The translations under genes and the position numbers were made by a program. DNA of 64,000 nucleotides, taken from Candidatus Rifleibacteriota bacterium. Lineage in GTDB: Bacteria > Muiribacteriota > Ozemobacteria > Ozemobacterales > Ozemobacteraceae. Of the stretch, positions 8,735 to 21,098 are shown in pieces (position 1 is the first letter of the stretch; each line of letters opens with the position of its first letter). The stretch spans positions 181,981 to 245,980 of the forward strand of contig JANJUX010000033.1 of assembly GCA_024710355.1 (NCBI GenBank). Reading direction: 5' to 3'. The notes below the pieces were generated by a model that did no database searches, was not told the origin of the DNA, and was given only the letters and a program-made list of their open reading frames with translations.

Positions 8735-11440
8735 TCAGTCGGCAGTCTCTTCTTTCGACGGAATTCTGACGACAGAGATCAGCCTGTCATCGCCATCGAG
8801 AGTTATCAGCTTGACCCCGGAAGCGGCGCGACCGGTGTTTCTGATCGAATCGGCGCTCAGACGCACGACTTTGCCGTTGGTGGTGACGACCATCAGCTCA
8901 TCACCCTCGAACATGCGTTTGATTGCGAGAACTTCGCCGGTCTTTTCCATGATCTTGAGGTTGATGACGCCTTTACCACCACGATGAGTAACGCGATAGC
9001 TGTTGACATCGGTCTTTTTGCCGAAACCAAGTGCCGAAACGGTCAGCAGCCGGCCTTCATAGCGACCATCATCTTCGACTGGCGGCGCGGTTTCGCCATC
9101 AGGGGCCTCGTCGATGATTTCGTCTTCGATAACTTCATCGACGACTTCATCAATTACCTCATCGATCGGCGCTTCTGCTTCGGCAGCCACGGTAATATCG
9201 CCATCAACAGACGGCACTACGGCAACATGCAGCTCGCCATCGTCATCTTTCTTGCGGCTGAAAACTTCCATGCCGATTACTTCATCGTTCTTGTCTCTGA
9301 AGGTGATGGCTTTAACCCCACGGGCTGTTCTGCCCATGACGCGCACTTCACTTTCAGGGAAACGTATGGCATAGCCGTTGCGGGTCGCAATAACCACCTG
9401 CTCGCCGCCGTTGATTGGTTTGACGCCAATCAGTTCATCGCCCTCGTCAAGCTTGAGTGCAATTATGCCGCGAGCCATCGGTCTGGCAAACGCCGACAGA
9501 ATGACCATCTTCGAGACACCCTTGCGGGTTACCATGAACAGACGGCGTGTATCGTCAAACTTCTTGATCGGCAGAATCGCAGTGAGGGTTTCGTTCTCTT
9601 CGAACTGCAGCAGATTGACCATGGCGCGGCCACTTGCCTGGCGACCGCCTTCGGGTATCTGGTAACCCTTGATCCAGTGCACTTTGCCGATCGAAGTGAA
9701 TACCAGCAGATATGAATGGGTCGTGGCCAGGAACATGTGTTCGACGACATCTTCGTCTTTGACGCCCATGACATTGCTGCCCTTGCTGCCACGGCTGATC
9801 TGCCTGAAAACGCTCGGTGACATGCGTTTGACATAGCCGTTCTTGGTCAGGGTGATGATGATATCTTCTTCCTGCATCAGATCTTCGACATTCAGTTTTT
9901 CGGCTGAAGATCTGGTAATCTTGCTGCGGCGGGCATCACCGAAGCGGGCTTTGATGTCGAGGAGTTCTTCTTTGATGATTTCTCTGACCTTCTCGTCTGA
10001 TTCGAGAATGCCTTTGAGCTTCTGGATCAGAGCCAAAGTATCGTGATATTCGGCGATGATCTTGTCGCGTTCGAGGCCTGTCAGTCTCTGCAGTCGCATT
10101 TCAAGAATCGCCTGTGACTGTTTATCAGAGAGCATGAAGGTATCCATGAGGCCCTGTTTGGCTTCATTCGGATCTTTAGCTGATTTGATCAGCTCGATGA
10201 CCGCGTCGAGATTGTCTAGAGCGATCGTCAAACCTTCGAGAATGTGGGCCTTTTCTTCGGCCTTGCGCAGCTGGAACACGGTTCTGCGGCGAATGACTTC
10301 GCGGCAGTGATTGACATAGTGTTCCATCATTTGCTTGAGATTGAGAACCAGCGGGCGGTTGTCGACGAGAACCAGGTTGATTACGCCGAAACTGCTCTGC
10401 ATCTGAGTGTGCTTGTACAGCTGGTTGAGAATGACATCGGTATTAACGCCCTTGCGCAGTTCGATACAGACGCGCATACCTTCGCGGCTCGACTCATCGC
10501 GCAGGTCGGTAATGCCATCGATCTTCTTTTCCTTGATCAGATCGGCGATTGATTTGACCAGGCGGGCTTTGTTGACCTGATAAGGCAGTTCGGTAACGAC
10601 GATGCGGTCGCGGCCCTTGTTGAATTCTTCAATTTCGACGACCGAACGAACGACGATGCTGCCGCGGCCGGTTTTGAAGGCTGATTCGATGCCATCGGTA
10701 CCCATGATGATACCGCCGGTCGGGAAATCCGGGCCGGGAATATGGTTCATCAGCTCATCAATGGTTACTTCAGGGTTGTTGATCAGCTGAATCAGGCCGT
10801 CAATGACCTCCGCAAGGTTATGAGACGGCATGTTGGTCGCCATACCAACCGCGATGCCTGATGAACCGTTGACCAGCAGATTCGGAAACTTGCTGGGCAG
10901 CACGATCGGCTCATTCAGAGAGCCATCGAAGTTCGGCATCCATTCAACCGTTTCCATCTCGATGTCTTTGAGCATTTCTTCTGCCAGGGCTTCGAGACGG
11001 GCTTCGGTATAACGCATTGCCGCTGCTTCATCGCCGTCAACTGAACCAAAGTTACCGTGACCGTTGATCAGCGGGTAACGCAAGCTGAAATCCTGGGCCA
11101 TGCGAACGAGGGTGTCATAAACAGCTGAGTCGCCGTGCGGGTGATACTTACCAAGAACTTCCCCGACGGTGCGGGCTGATTTGACGAAAGGTTTCTTGCT
11201 GGTGATGCCCTGATCGAACATTGCATATAGCACACGGCGGTGAACCGGCTTCAGGCCATCTCTGACGTCTGGCAGAGCGCGGCCGACGATTACGCTCATC
11301 GCGTAATCGATGTATGAAGCCTTCATATCGTCTTCGATATTGATATGTCTGATGCCTGTCGTTGGTGGCGGAGGAGGAGGAGGAGGAGTCTCGATACCGC
11401 CAGTTTCCTCGACAGGAATATTTTCGTTGATGTTATCCAT
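8735..11440 (-). CDS. gyrA: DNA gyrase subunit A
   Basis: [33 protein letters not shown]...catalytic Tyr region; CTD beta-pinwheel; unusual N-terminal tail with PPPPPPPP and acidic CTD insertion. Confidence 0.95.
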   Translation of the reverse strand: MDNINENIPVEETGGIETPPPPPPPPTTGIRHINIEDDMKASYIDYAMSVIVGRALPDVRDGLKPVHRRVLYAMFDQGITSKKPFVKSARTVGEVLGKYHPHGDSAVYDTLVRMAQDFSLRYPLINGHGNFGSVDGDEAAAMRYTEARLEALAEEMLKDIEMETVEWMPNFDGSLNEPIVLPSKFPNLLVNGSSGIAVGMATNMPSHNLAEVIDGLIQLINNPEVTIDELMNHIPGPDFPTGGIIMGTDGIESAFKTGRGSIVVRSVVEIEEFNKGRDRIVVTELPYQVNKARLVKSIADLIKEKKIDGITDLRDESSREGMRVCIELRKGVNTDVILNQLYKHTQMQSSFGVINLVLVDNRPLVLNLKQMMEHYVNHCREVIRRRTVFQLRKAEEKAHILEGLTIALDNLDAVIELIKSAKDPNEAKQGLMDTFMLSDKQSQAILEMRLQRLTGLERDKIIAEYHDTLALIQKLKGILESDEKVREIIKEELLDIKARFGDARRSKITRSSAEKLNVEDLMQEEDIIITLTKNGYVKRMSPSVFRQISRGSKGSNVMGVKDEDVVEHMFLATTHSYLLVFTSIGKVHWIKGYQIPEGGRQASGRAMVNLLQFEENETLTAILPIKKFDDTRRLFMVTRKGVSKMVILSAFARPMARGIIALKLDEGDELIGVKPINGGEQVVIATRNGYAIRFPESEVRVMGRTARGVKAITFRDKNDEVIGMEVFSRKKDDDGELHVAVVPSVDGDITVAAEAEAPIDEVIDEVVDEVIEDEIIDEAPDGETAPPVEDDGRYEGRLLTVSALGFGKKTDVNSYRVTHRGGKGVINLKIMEKTGEVLAIKRMFEGDELMVVTTNGKVVRLSADSIRNTGRAASGVKLITLDGDDRLISVVRIPSKEETAD

Positions 11441-11456
11441 TATGAAAGCCCCTTAA

Positions 11457-13481
<2,025 letters not shown>

Positions 13482-13766
13482 TTAATATCGATACTGGGAA
13501 CTCATCTTCCATTCAGCCTTCAGGTATTCTGCCTGCTGAAAGGGGTGACAGATTCCGCGTTGTGCAAGTGCTTCGGGGGAAAGGGTCGAACCGATCCAGC
13601 GACCATCAACGGTTTTGATGGCTGCCCGGTATTCGCCCGCATCTTCAAGCTTCGGCAGAGTCTCGACCACACGCCGGCGCGTGGCTTCATCGACAGTCTG
13701 CAGATTTATGATCAATTCACAGGTCTTGAAATCAACGAACTCATTTTGACCGATATGAATCAGCAT
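13482..13766 (-). CDS. DUF370 (RemA/RemB-like) protein
   Basis: MLIHIGQNEFV...AAIKTVDGRWIGSTLSPEALAQR matches RemA pattern (I.IG.....LIDATYGRRTR.VII.....LS...PETVAQR); same position upstream of gyrB as B. subtilis remB (yaaB). Confidence 0.6.
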   Translation of the reverse strand: MLIHIGQNEFVDFKTCELIINLQTVDEATRRRVVETLPKLEDAGEYRAAIKTVDGRWIGSTLSPEALAQRGICHPFQQAEYLKAEWKMSSQYRY

Positions 13767-14728
13767 TCTGGTTCTCCGGGTTTGATTGCCAGGTAAGCAT
13801 GCCAGCGTTCATCAGGCACCTCCTGGGTATTCAGATGTTCAAAATCCACTTCATCAGGCATGCAGCCGCTGAAAAGCATCATGCTGCGCACCATCTCTTT
13901 GCGCATGCGGGCTGCAGTCTCTTCGTCGTAATTCAACGAAAGATCGGCCGCCAGTTCCTGGATTAGGTTCAGGCTTTCATCGAGCAGTTCGGCACGAATT
14001 GCTTCGAACTCAACGATGGTAAGGCCGCTTTCGAATTCGCAAACTTCTTCAAGCGTCAGCCAGGGCATTTCTGAAATCAGCACCCTGGCCTTTAAAAGGT
14101 TGTCTTCGCGGGTTTTATAAACACACATCGCACAGACACCGTTTTTCGAGCGGGTTACTGCGGCACGGCACAACACACACAGTTTATAGCCGCGTTCTTC
14201 GAGACCCTTTAGTCTGGCGTTCAGCTTCTGCTGACAACGACGCATCTGTTCTGACAATTCCTGATCCTTTAACTCTGCCATTGGCACTTCATCTTCGCTC
14301 TGCCAGTCGGGCCAGGTGGCTTCTTTAACCATCTTTTCGACTTCCGGCGGTATTACCCCCGGCTTGCCGACCACTTCGCCGATTTTCATCTCGGGGAAAA
14401 GCTCATTAAGCTTCTCGATAATTCTGGCTTTGAGAAACACCAGTGTCTGCATCCACTGGCTGTCGGCTACCGCAAGATAGAGGCGGCCCTTGATCAGACG
14501 GGTCGGGCAGGTTTTGGCGGCCAGCTGCAAACCGACAACGTCTTTCCAGGCGTTGATGAGTTTGCCAAGCGTAACCAGCTCTTTTGCCGTCAGCACAAAG
14601 CGCTGGCGGTTCTCAGACGCACGAAAGGTGGCTTCGCGCATGCCTGACAAGGCTTTGACCAGAGAGAAGCTCGCGGGTTTCGTGCCGCCGACTCTCCGGT
14701 TCGCTGCAGTCTGCTTGAAGGTTTCCAT
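13760..14728 (-). CDS. dciA: DciA-like DUF721 protein with C-terminal zinc-ribbon extension
   Basis: N-terminal ~110 aa resemble DUF721 (as Mtb Rv0004 between recF and gyrB); C-terminal CVLCRAAVTRSKNGVCAMC CxxC-N13-CxxC; overlaps DUF370 by 7 nt. Confidence 0.55.
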   Translation of the reverse strand: METFKQTAANRRVGGTKPASFSLVKALSGMREATFRASENRQRFVLTAKELVTLGKLINAWKDVVGLQLAAKTCPTRLIKGRLYLAVADSQWMQTLVFLKARIIEKLNELFPEMKIGEVVGKPGVIPPEVEKMVKEATWPDWQSEDEVPMAELKDQELSEQMRRCQQKLNARLKGLEERGYKLCVLCRAAVTRSKNGVCAMCVYKTREDNLLKARVLISEMPWLTLEEVCEFESGLTIVEFEAIRAELLDESLNLIQELAADLSLNYDEETAARMRKEMVRSMMLFSGCMPDEVDFEHLNTQEVPDERWHAYLAIKPGEPEC

Positions 14729-14881
14729 TGGCCCTCTGGCTGTTGTCAGTCAATTCCCTCTCAGGGAAGAAGAGAGGGTGTAATATACTACTCTAAAATG
14801 ACTTTTTTTTCAAGTAGTAACAACAGTCGGAAATTAGCTTAAAAACGCCTCTCGTAGCGTTTTTAAACGGGCCGGCAATAC

Positions 14882-16294
14882 TTATTGCTTATCGGGGTCG
14901 ACAAAGCGTCTGACGCGCTCGAATTCTTCGGCAAATGCCTTTTCCTGTTTGAGCTTGCGGTTAACTTTATCGCAGGCGTGCATGACGGTCGTGTGGTCAC
15001 GGCCACCGAATTTGTCACCGATCTGATTGAGTGAGGCATCGGTAAAAATCTGACACAGGCGCATGGCAACCTGCCTCGGAAGCACGAGATTCTGCGAACG
15101 CCTTTTCCCGGTCAGTTCGCTTTCAGAAATATCGTAAAATTCGGCGACGCGTTTTTGAATCCAGGGAATACTGATCTTGCCACCGGCATTTTCACGCAGA
15201 ACGTCTTTGAGCACCTGGTCGACCATATCCTTGCTGACCGGTTTTCGCATGATGCCGGCAAAGGCGAGAACGCTGTTGAAGGCGCCCTCCAGATCGCGAA
15301 TATGCGATACGACGTTCTGAGCCATATACATGATGATCTCGTCTGATACTTCTACCATTGACTGGCTGGCGAATTTTTTAAAAATAGCGGCGCGCATTTC
15401 GAGGTCTGGTGGCTGAATATCTACTACCACACCCATACCAAATCTTGAGGCCAGGCGTTCTTCGAGTGATTCGCCACCGCGCTGAATCTTGCTTGGAGCT
15501 GAGTCAGAAGTGAGAACGATCTGTTTTTTCTGCTGAAAAAGTTCATTAAACGTGTGAAAGAATTCTTCCTGGGTCTGTTCTTTGCCGGCAAAAAACTGCA
15601 CGTCATCGATCAGAAGCAGGTCAATTTTGCGATATTTCGAACGAAACGCTTCGGCTTTTTTATCTTTCAGCGAATCGATGAATTCGTTGGTGAAAACTTC
15701 TGAAGAAAGATAGGCAATCTTGGCTTTTGGGTTGTTTTTAAGCAGTTCCTGGCCGATTGCCTGAATCAGATGGGTCTTTCCAAGGCCAACGCCGCTGTAA
15801 ATGAATACCGGGTTATGAAGGCTGCCGGGGTTTTTAGCTACTGCCTGGCAGACTGCGTAGGCAAACTGATTGCTCTTGCCGACGACAAACGAATCAAATG
15901 AATACTTGCTGTTAAACATGCCGTCATATCTGGCCGGAACTGTTTTAGCAGATTTTAGTGGTTCATCATCGGTTCTGATTGCCGGAATTGTCGGCTGCTG
16001 AGGTTTGCCTGCAGCCGGCCGGCCGGTTTTAGTCACCAGACGATATTTGAGAGCCGGCTTTTCGCCGCTGAGAATGCGGGTAATTACATCGGCATAACGC
16101 TTTTCTGCGAGGTCGCGGCAGAAATCGTTTGCGGCTTCCATGACCAGATGGTCGCCTTCAATAGCTGCCGGCGTGATGGAACTGAGGAAAATCTTTGAAC
16201 TTGCCTTGTTTTTACTGCTTCCATCAGCCTGGATTTCTGTGGTGATTTTATTCCAGAGCGTATCGAGCGACGATATCATGTACAATGACCTCAC
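14882..16294 (-). CDS. dnaA: chromosomal replication initiator DnaA
   Basis: AAA+ Walker A IYSGVGLGKTHLIQAIG, DnaA domain IV DHTTVMHACDKV; DnaA boxes upstream. Confidence 0.95.
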   Translation of the reverse strand: MRSLYMISSLDTLWNKITTEIQADGSSKNKASSKIFLSSITPAAIEGDHLVMEAANDFCRDLAEKRYADVITRILSGEKPALKYRLVTKTGRPAAGKPQQPTIPAIRTDDEPLKSAKTVPARYDGMFNSKYSFDSFVVGKSNQFAYAVCQAVAKNPGSLHNPVFIYSGVGLGKTHLIQAIGQELLKNNPKAKIAYLSSEVFTNEFIDSLKDKKAEAFRSKYRKIDLLLIDDVQFFAGKEQTQEEFFHTFNELFQQKKQIVLTSDSAPSKIQRGGESLEERLASRFGMGVVVDIQPPDLEMRAAIFKKFASQSMVEVSDEIIMYMAQNVVSHIRDLEGAFNSVLAFAGIMRKPVSKDMVDQVLKDVLRENAGGKISIPWIQKRVAEFYDISESELTGKRRSQNLVLPRQVAMRLCQIFTDASLNQIGDKFGGRDHTTVMHACDKVNRKLKQEKAFAEEFERVRRFVDPDKQ

Positions 16295-16389
16295 AGCTTT
16301 GTGTACAACAACTTTAGATAACCAGAGAAAGCAATAGCCACGTAAAACGGGTTATTCTGCGTTTGTTGGGATGCTTGAATAATAGCAGA

Positions 16390-16660
16390 CAAAAGCCTTA
16401 TCCGCAAGGTTTTTTAGCATCAATGTTCTGATAATGATCTGGAAAACAATGTGGAAATTATGTGGAAAAATCGTGGAAAACCACAAACATAAAAATATGT
16501 TAACAAACAGTGAAAAACTTCAAAGGCTTTCAACAACTTTTTCCACATCAGCTAATAACGACCTGAAAAGTTGTACACGGGTTTTCCACAGTTTCCACCG
16601 AACCTAAAGAATAATAAGACTATTTCTTTTAATTAATTATGTACAACATAATTATAGCCA
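16390..16660. other. chromosomal replication origin (oriC): DnaA-box cluster + AT-rich DUE
   Basis: DnaA-box 9-mers at 16398-16406 (ttatccgca), 16449-16457, 16461-16469 (tgtggaaaa), 16472-16480, 16539-16547 (ttttccaca), 16582-16590, 16591-16599; AT-rich 16600-16660; immediately upstream of dnaA. Confidence 0.7.
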
Positions 16661-16713
16661 ATGTGCAAAAACAGACATCAAAAAACAAACCAGCACTTAC
16701 ACAAATATACCGT

Positions 16714-16742
16714 ATTGCCCATGTTTTGCCTATCTGGTATAC
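16714..16742 (+). promoter_or_regulatory. sigma70-like promoter TTGCCC-17-TATACT for accB
   Basis: TATACT at 16737-16742 with TTGCCC 17 nt upstream. Confidence 0.45.
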
Positions 16743-16773
16743 TCGCCTCACTCTAATCGCCATGGAGAAAAAA

Positions 16774-17307
16774 ATGCCAAAAGCAGTTGCGAAGGAAAAA
16801 ACCGTCAGGGTTGCCACAGATAAACAGGGCCAGGTCATTGATCAGGTCGTGAATATAATCAAATTCATGGGCGAAAACCGCCTTGCCGAGATCGAACTCG
16901 AAACTTCTAATCTTAAACTCAGCCTTAAAAAGCATTCTGTTGCTGCACATCATGTTGTTCAGCCACAGACCGCTGTTATGCCGATGCCAATGATGCATAT
17001 CGAGGCACCGGCAATCAAGAAACAACCGGAAAAAGCGCCAGCAGCCGAAAAACCAGCCGCTGCCGACAACCTGAAAACCGTTGTTTCGCCGATGACCGGC
17101 ACCTTTTACAGAGCTCCATCACCTGATTCACAGCCTTTTATAAAGGAAGGCGACGTAGTCAAAGCCGGCCAGACAATCTGCATCGTCGAAGCGATGAAGA
17201 TGATGAATGAAATCAAGTCTGACAAAGCCGGAAAAGTGGTAAAAATTCTCATCGAGAACGGCAAACCCGTCGAAAAGGGCGCTGCTCTCATCAGTATCGG
17301 AGAATAA
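16774..17307 (+). CDS. accB: biotin carboxyl carrier protein (biotinyl domain)
   Basis: C-terminal [41 protein letters not shown] with EAMKM biotinyl-lysine motif; GGAG RBS before ATG 16774 (alternative ATG 16762); ORF-track N-terminal extension to 16639 runs into oriC and is rejected. Confidence 0.8.
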   Translation: MPKAVAKEKTVRVATDKQGQVIDQVVNIIKFMGENRLAEIELETSNLKLSLKKHSVAAHHVVQPQTAVMPMPMMHIEAPAIKKQPEKAPAAEKPAAADNLKTVVSPMTGTFYRAPSPDSQPFIKEGDVVKAGQTICIVEAMKMMNEIKSDKAGKVVKILIENGKPVEKGAALISIGE

Positions 17308-17309
17308 TC

Positions 17310-18677
17310 ATGCAGACTTTTGATCTGATCATTCTTGGCGGCGGTCCTGGTGGTTACCCTCTGGCAGCACGCATGGCGCGCAAAGGCTGGAAAGTGGCCA
17401 TCGTCGACAACGACAGCGAATTCGGCGGCACCTGCCTTAACTGGGGTTGCATACCGACGAAGGCGCTGCTGGCGTCTTCACGCGCACTGCACCTGCTGAA
17501 GAGCGCGGCTGATTTTGGTCTCAGCTGCGAAAATCCGGGTTTTGACTGGTCAAAAGTTCTCGAACGCAAGAATAAAATCACGGCACAGCTGCGCCAGGGC
17601 ATCATCAAGATGCTCGAAAAAAGCGGTGTTACTCTGTTCAGAGGTCTCGGAAAGCTTTATAAAAACCGGGTGGTAAAAATTGCCGGTCACGAAGAGGCGA
17701 TTCAGGGCAATAAGATTTGCCTGGCAGTTGGTTCGGTTCCGGCCGCTCCGGCGGTTTTTCCGGCCAACCGCAGCATTTTCTGGACAAGCAACGAGGCACT
17801 TCATACGGCAGAAGTTCCGCAGAGCCTGCTTGTAGTCGGTGGCGGTGTTATCGGCATCGAGCTCGGCCAGGTATTCGCTGAATTTGGCAGCAAAGTCTGC
17901 GTGGTCGAAATGATGCCGCAGATTCTGCCAGGTCTCGATAATGCCACCGCAAAGCGCCTGCTGCCGGTTTTCAAAAAATCAGGCATGGAAATCATGACCG
18001 GCAAAAAGGTCGATTCGCTGACCGAAAAGAACGGCCGGGCACTCGCGGTAATCGATGGCACCGAGCGCGAATTCGACAAGGTTCTGATAGCTGTCGGCCG
18101 CCGCGTTAACATGAGTTTCATGCACGAAACCGACGTGCAGATCGAAACCGAACGCGGTCTGCTCAAAACCGGCGACGATTATCAGACAAGTGAACCCGGC
18201 GTCTTTGCGATCGGCGATGCAATCAAAGGCCCGATGCTGGCTCATAAAGCCTCTTATGATGCCATGATTCTCGCTGCTCAGTGGCAGGGTGAGAAAGTGG
18301 CGGCCGATTATTCACTCGTTCCGTCATGTGTTTACACCCACCCCGAAATTGCCTGGGTCGGTCAGAGCGAAGATGCCCTGAAAGAAAAGGGCATTGAATA
18401 TAAAACCGGTCGCAGCCTGTTTTCGGCTAATGGCAAAGCACTTACTGCCGGCGAAGGCGATGGGCAGATCAAGACCCTGATCGGCAACGACGGCAAACTT
18501 CTTGGAGCGGTCATCTGGGGCCCGGAAGCCAGCAATATCATCAACGAAGCCACGATGATGGCCCAGTTCGGCATCGATAATCACGCCTTCAGCCGCATGA
18601 TCCACCCGCACCCGACTCTTTCCGAAGCTTTCATGGAAGCGGTTGAGAATGTGAGCGGCGAAGGAGTTCACGGCTGA
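17310..18677 (+). CDS. lpdA: dihydrolipoyl dehydrogenase (E3)
   Basis: FAD motif IILGGGPGG, redox disulfide GGTCLNWGCIPTK, second Rossmann VVGGGVIGIELG. Confidence 0.85.
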   Translation: MQTFDLIILGGGPGGYPLAARMARKGWKVAIVDNDSEFGGTCLNWGCIPTKALLASSRALHLLKSAADFGLSCENPGFDWSKVLERKNKITAQLRQGIIKMLEKSGVTLFRGLGKLYKNRVVKIAGHEEAIQGNKICLAVGSVPAAPAVFPANRSIFWTSNEALHTAEVPQSLLVVGGGVIGIELGQVFAEFGSKVCVVEMMPQILPGLDNATAKRLLPVFKKSGMEIMTGKKVDSLTEKNGRALAVIDGTEREFDKVLIAVGRRVNMSFMHETDVQIETERGLLKTGDDYQTSEPGVFAIGDAIKGPMLAHKASYDAMILAAQWQGEKVAADYSLVPSCVYTHPEIAWVGQSEDALKEKGIEYKTGRSLFSANGKALTAGEGDGQIKTLIGNDGKLLGAVIWGPEASNIINEATMMAQFGIDNHAFSRMIHPHPTLSEAFMEAVENVSGEGVHG

Positions 18678-18678
18678 A

Positions 18679-19860
18679 ATGAAAAGCGCCGGGTTTATCA
18701 ACCTGCCTGAATGGAAAAGACGTTTACAGGAGATCCTCAGCAGTCTCGGGCGTGAAGAGGCGCTGAAATTTCCGGTGCTTGGCCGTGAAAATGCCGAGAA
18801 ACCCTGGATGGCTCTCGATTCAGGCGATTTTTTCGCAGCAGTTCAGACCGGTATTCATTTTACCGGTGGCAGTCATGTAAAAAAACTGCCTGAAAACGTC
18901 ATTACTACCGATGCAGAGCTGGCAATCAGGCGTCTGCTCGAGGGAAAACACCGCCAGACTTTTTTCAGCGCCGCCATCGGCGGGACTTTTCCCTTTCAGC
19001 GGGTTATCTGTTCTGAGTATGCGGTTGCCAGACCCGAAAAAATAATGGTGCAGAACGATTCTGTCACCAGTTTCGTGCTGTCGCGCATGGAAAAAGAGGG
19101 CAAAACCCTCGAACAGGCGATTCACGAAGCCCAGTGGGAAAAGCTGGCCGGCGGCAATCCCAGCCAGAATCTGCATGGCATAGTCAGCAGAAATCGTCTG
19201 GTATTGCAGATTGCCCATATTTTTGGGTATATACTGCGACCCGAAAATATATTCACCGCCGGTATAAGCACATTGTCTGTCGATGATGTCAGAATTGCTG
19301 CTGAATTGGGTTTCTCAATCAGACTGCTCGGCATTGCCAGGCACCAGGAAGGCATAGTCAAAGCTCTGGTCGAGCCATGCATGATTCCGTCCAGATATCT
19401 GCTGGCTCAGGCCCGTGGTGGCTCAGAAATGATTTACGTTCGCACTACCGATGGCATGACTCAGTTTTATTCATGCCCCGGCACCTCGCCCGAAATTCAG
19501 GTGCGCGGCATTCTTTCTGATCTTTATGACGAGTGTCGAACCAGAGCTGCTGGTCTGACAGCCCCTGGCCGGATCGAACCATTTGCCGACCATTTTTATC
19601 TGCGTTTCAACATCGTTAATCTGACCGACACCATGGCACAATTGCTGCAGATGCTTAACCGCAATGGTATCGAGATCGAAAAAATTCACCAGACTGCCGT
19701 TGCCGTTTCACGGGAAACTTCTGATACTGCGGGGTACGCAGTTATTCTCATTACCAGTCGCACTACCCGCGATAATCTTGAAAGAGCGCTCGGGCAGATT
19801 GCCGGTCAGGTTAAGCTGGCAGGTCTGAAGGCCTGTTTTCGTTACATAAGGCAGGCCTGA
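18679..19860 (+). CDS. homoserine dehydrogenase homolog lacking canonical N-terminal NAD(P)-binding motif
   Basis: Central/C-terminal region matches Hom catalytic + ACT-like region (LLGIARHQEGIVKALVEPCMIPSRYLLAQARGGSEMIYVRTTDG...); N-terminal 150 aa lack GxGxxG. Confidence 0.55.
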   Translation: MKSAGFINLPEWKRRLQEILSSLGREEALKFPVLGRENAEKPWMALDSGDFFAAVQTGIHFTGGSHVKKLPENVITTDAELAIRRLLEGKHRQTFFSAAIGGTFPFQRVICSEYAVARPEKIMVQNDSVTSFVLSRMEKEGKTLEQAIHEAQWEKLAGGNPSQNLHGIVSRNRLVLQIAHIFGYILRPENIFTAGISTLSVDDVRIAAELGFSIRLLGIARHQEGIVKALVEPCMIPSRYLLAQARGGSEMIYVRTTDGMTQFYSCPGTSPEIQVRGILSDLYDECRTRAAGLTAPGRIEPFADHFYLRFNIVNLTDTMAQLLQMLNRNGIEIEKIHQTAVAVSRETSDTAGYAVILITSRTTRDNLERALGQIAGQVKLAGLKACFRYIRQA

Positions 19861-19865
19861 AATCA

Positions 19866-21080
19866 ATGTTTGCCAACGGCGAAGTTCTTGTACAGAAGTT
19901 TGGCGGTTCATCCATGGGCTCGGTTGAGCGCATAAAAAAAGTCGCCGAGCGCATTGCCGAAAAGGCCCGGCGCGGCCACCGCATGGTCGTTGTGGTTTCG
20001 GCAATGGGCGATACTACCGACGACCTGATTGCTTTGATGAACAAGGTTACTCCAGTGCCAGAACGGCGCGAGCTCGATCATATAATGGCGACCGGGGAAA
20101 TGGTCAGCGCATCACTGGCAGCAGCGGCTCTCAAAGATCTTGGCGTGCGTTCACGCTCTTTTAACGCTTTCAATCTGCAACTTTTTTCAGAAATGCAGGG
20201 CGAAGACTACAATATTGTCAGAATTGGCCGGGCCAGACAGCTGACCGAATTTCTCGAACCGGGCTCAGTTGCTGTGGTAGCTGGTTTTCAGGGTATTACC
20301 GGCGATGGCGACCTTACGACCCTTGGGCGCGGCGGTTCTGATCTCACGGCTGTCATTCTGGCGCGCGAGCTGGGCCAGAAAGTCTGCGAAAAATATACCG
20401 ATGAAGATGGTATTTATACGGCCGACCCGCGCATCATCCCCGATGCCAGAAAAGTATGGCACCTCAGTTATGATGAGATGCTGATGCTGGCCGGGTTTGG
20501 TAATGGCATTCTGCACCCGCGCGCCATTTCCAGCGCCCGCGACTGCCAGATACGCATTCATGTGCGTTCGAGTTTTTCAAATGCCGAAGGCAGTGTTGTT
20601 GGCCCTGATGGCGATGATCAAATAGCCGTTAAAAGCATAACCTGCGACAACAAGCTTGTTTATATGCGCATGCACGGGATTGCTCAGCCCGACGCGGTTT
20701 TGCTCGAAGACCTGGCGAATCAGCCTTTCAAGCCTTCAGTGCAGCAATTCAAACCTTATAACGAGCTGAAGGGAAGCTTTCGCCTTGGTTTCAGGCGCAG
20801 CGATGCCTTTTCGGCGATCCCTTTCTGCTGGGAACACGCCGCCCGGATGAACGCCGACGAGGTCGAATGTTTTGCCAACCTTACCACGATAACACTGGTT
20901 GGTTGCGGTCTTGCCGGCAACAGCCAGCTGGCTGCCGCCTTTGCCCGCACTCTCGGAAATATCGTGCCGACTGTCGAGCAGCATGACCGTATCAGGCTAA
21001 GCTACGCCGTCGACAAGGCCGAAGTTAAACCGGCCATGGAAGCACTGCATCGCGCCATTACCACTCCGCAGACTGCCTGA
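19866..21080 (+). CDS. lysC: aspartate kinase
   Basis: LVQKFGGSSMGSVERIKKVAERI...VVVVSAMGDTTDDLI aspartokinase signature; C-terminal ACT region. Confidence 0.85.
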   Translation: MFANGEVLVQKFGGSSMGSVERIKKVAERIAEKARRGHRMVVVVSAMGDTTDDLIALMNKVTPVPERRELDHIMATGEMVSASLAAAALKDLGVRSRSFNAFNLQLFSEMQGEDYNIVRIGRARQLTEFLEPGSVAVVAGFQGITGDGDLTTLGRGGSDLTAVILARELGQKVCEKYTDEDGIYTADPRIIPDARKVWHLSYDEMLMLAGFGNGILHPRAISSARDCQIRIHVRSSFSNAEGSVVGPDGDDQIAVKSITCDNKLVYMRMHGIAQPDAVLLEDLANQPFKPSVQQFKPYNELKGSFRLGFRRSDAFSAIPFCWEHAARMNADEVECFANLTTITLVGCGLAGNSQLAAAFARTLGNIVPTVEQHDRIRLSYAVDKAEVKPAMEALHRAITTPQTA

Positions 21081-21098
21081 GTTAAGCTTTCTTGTCTT

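Noticed and set aside
9114-9374. Ser/Thr-rich 86-aa ORF
   Set aside because: Antisense translation of the acidic (DEVIDE...) insertion of gyrA.
8468-9715. 415-aa ORF on plus strand
   Set aside because: Lies entirely antisense to gyrA; Asp/Phe/Ile-rich translation typical of a reverse-frame artefact in GC-biased coding sequence.
16639-16773. N-terminal extension of the accB ORF (MYNIIIANVQ...)
   Set aside because: Runs through the AT-rich DUE and DnaA boxes of oriC; a sigma70 promoter and GGAG RBS support the downstream start at 16774.
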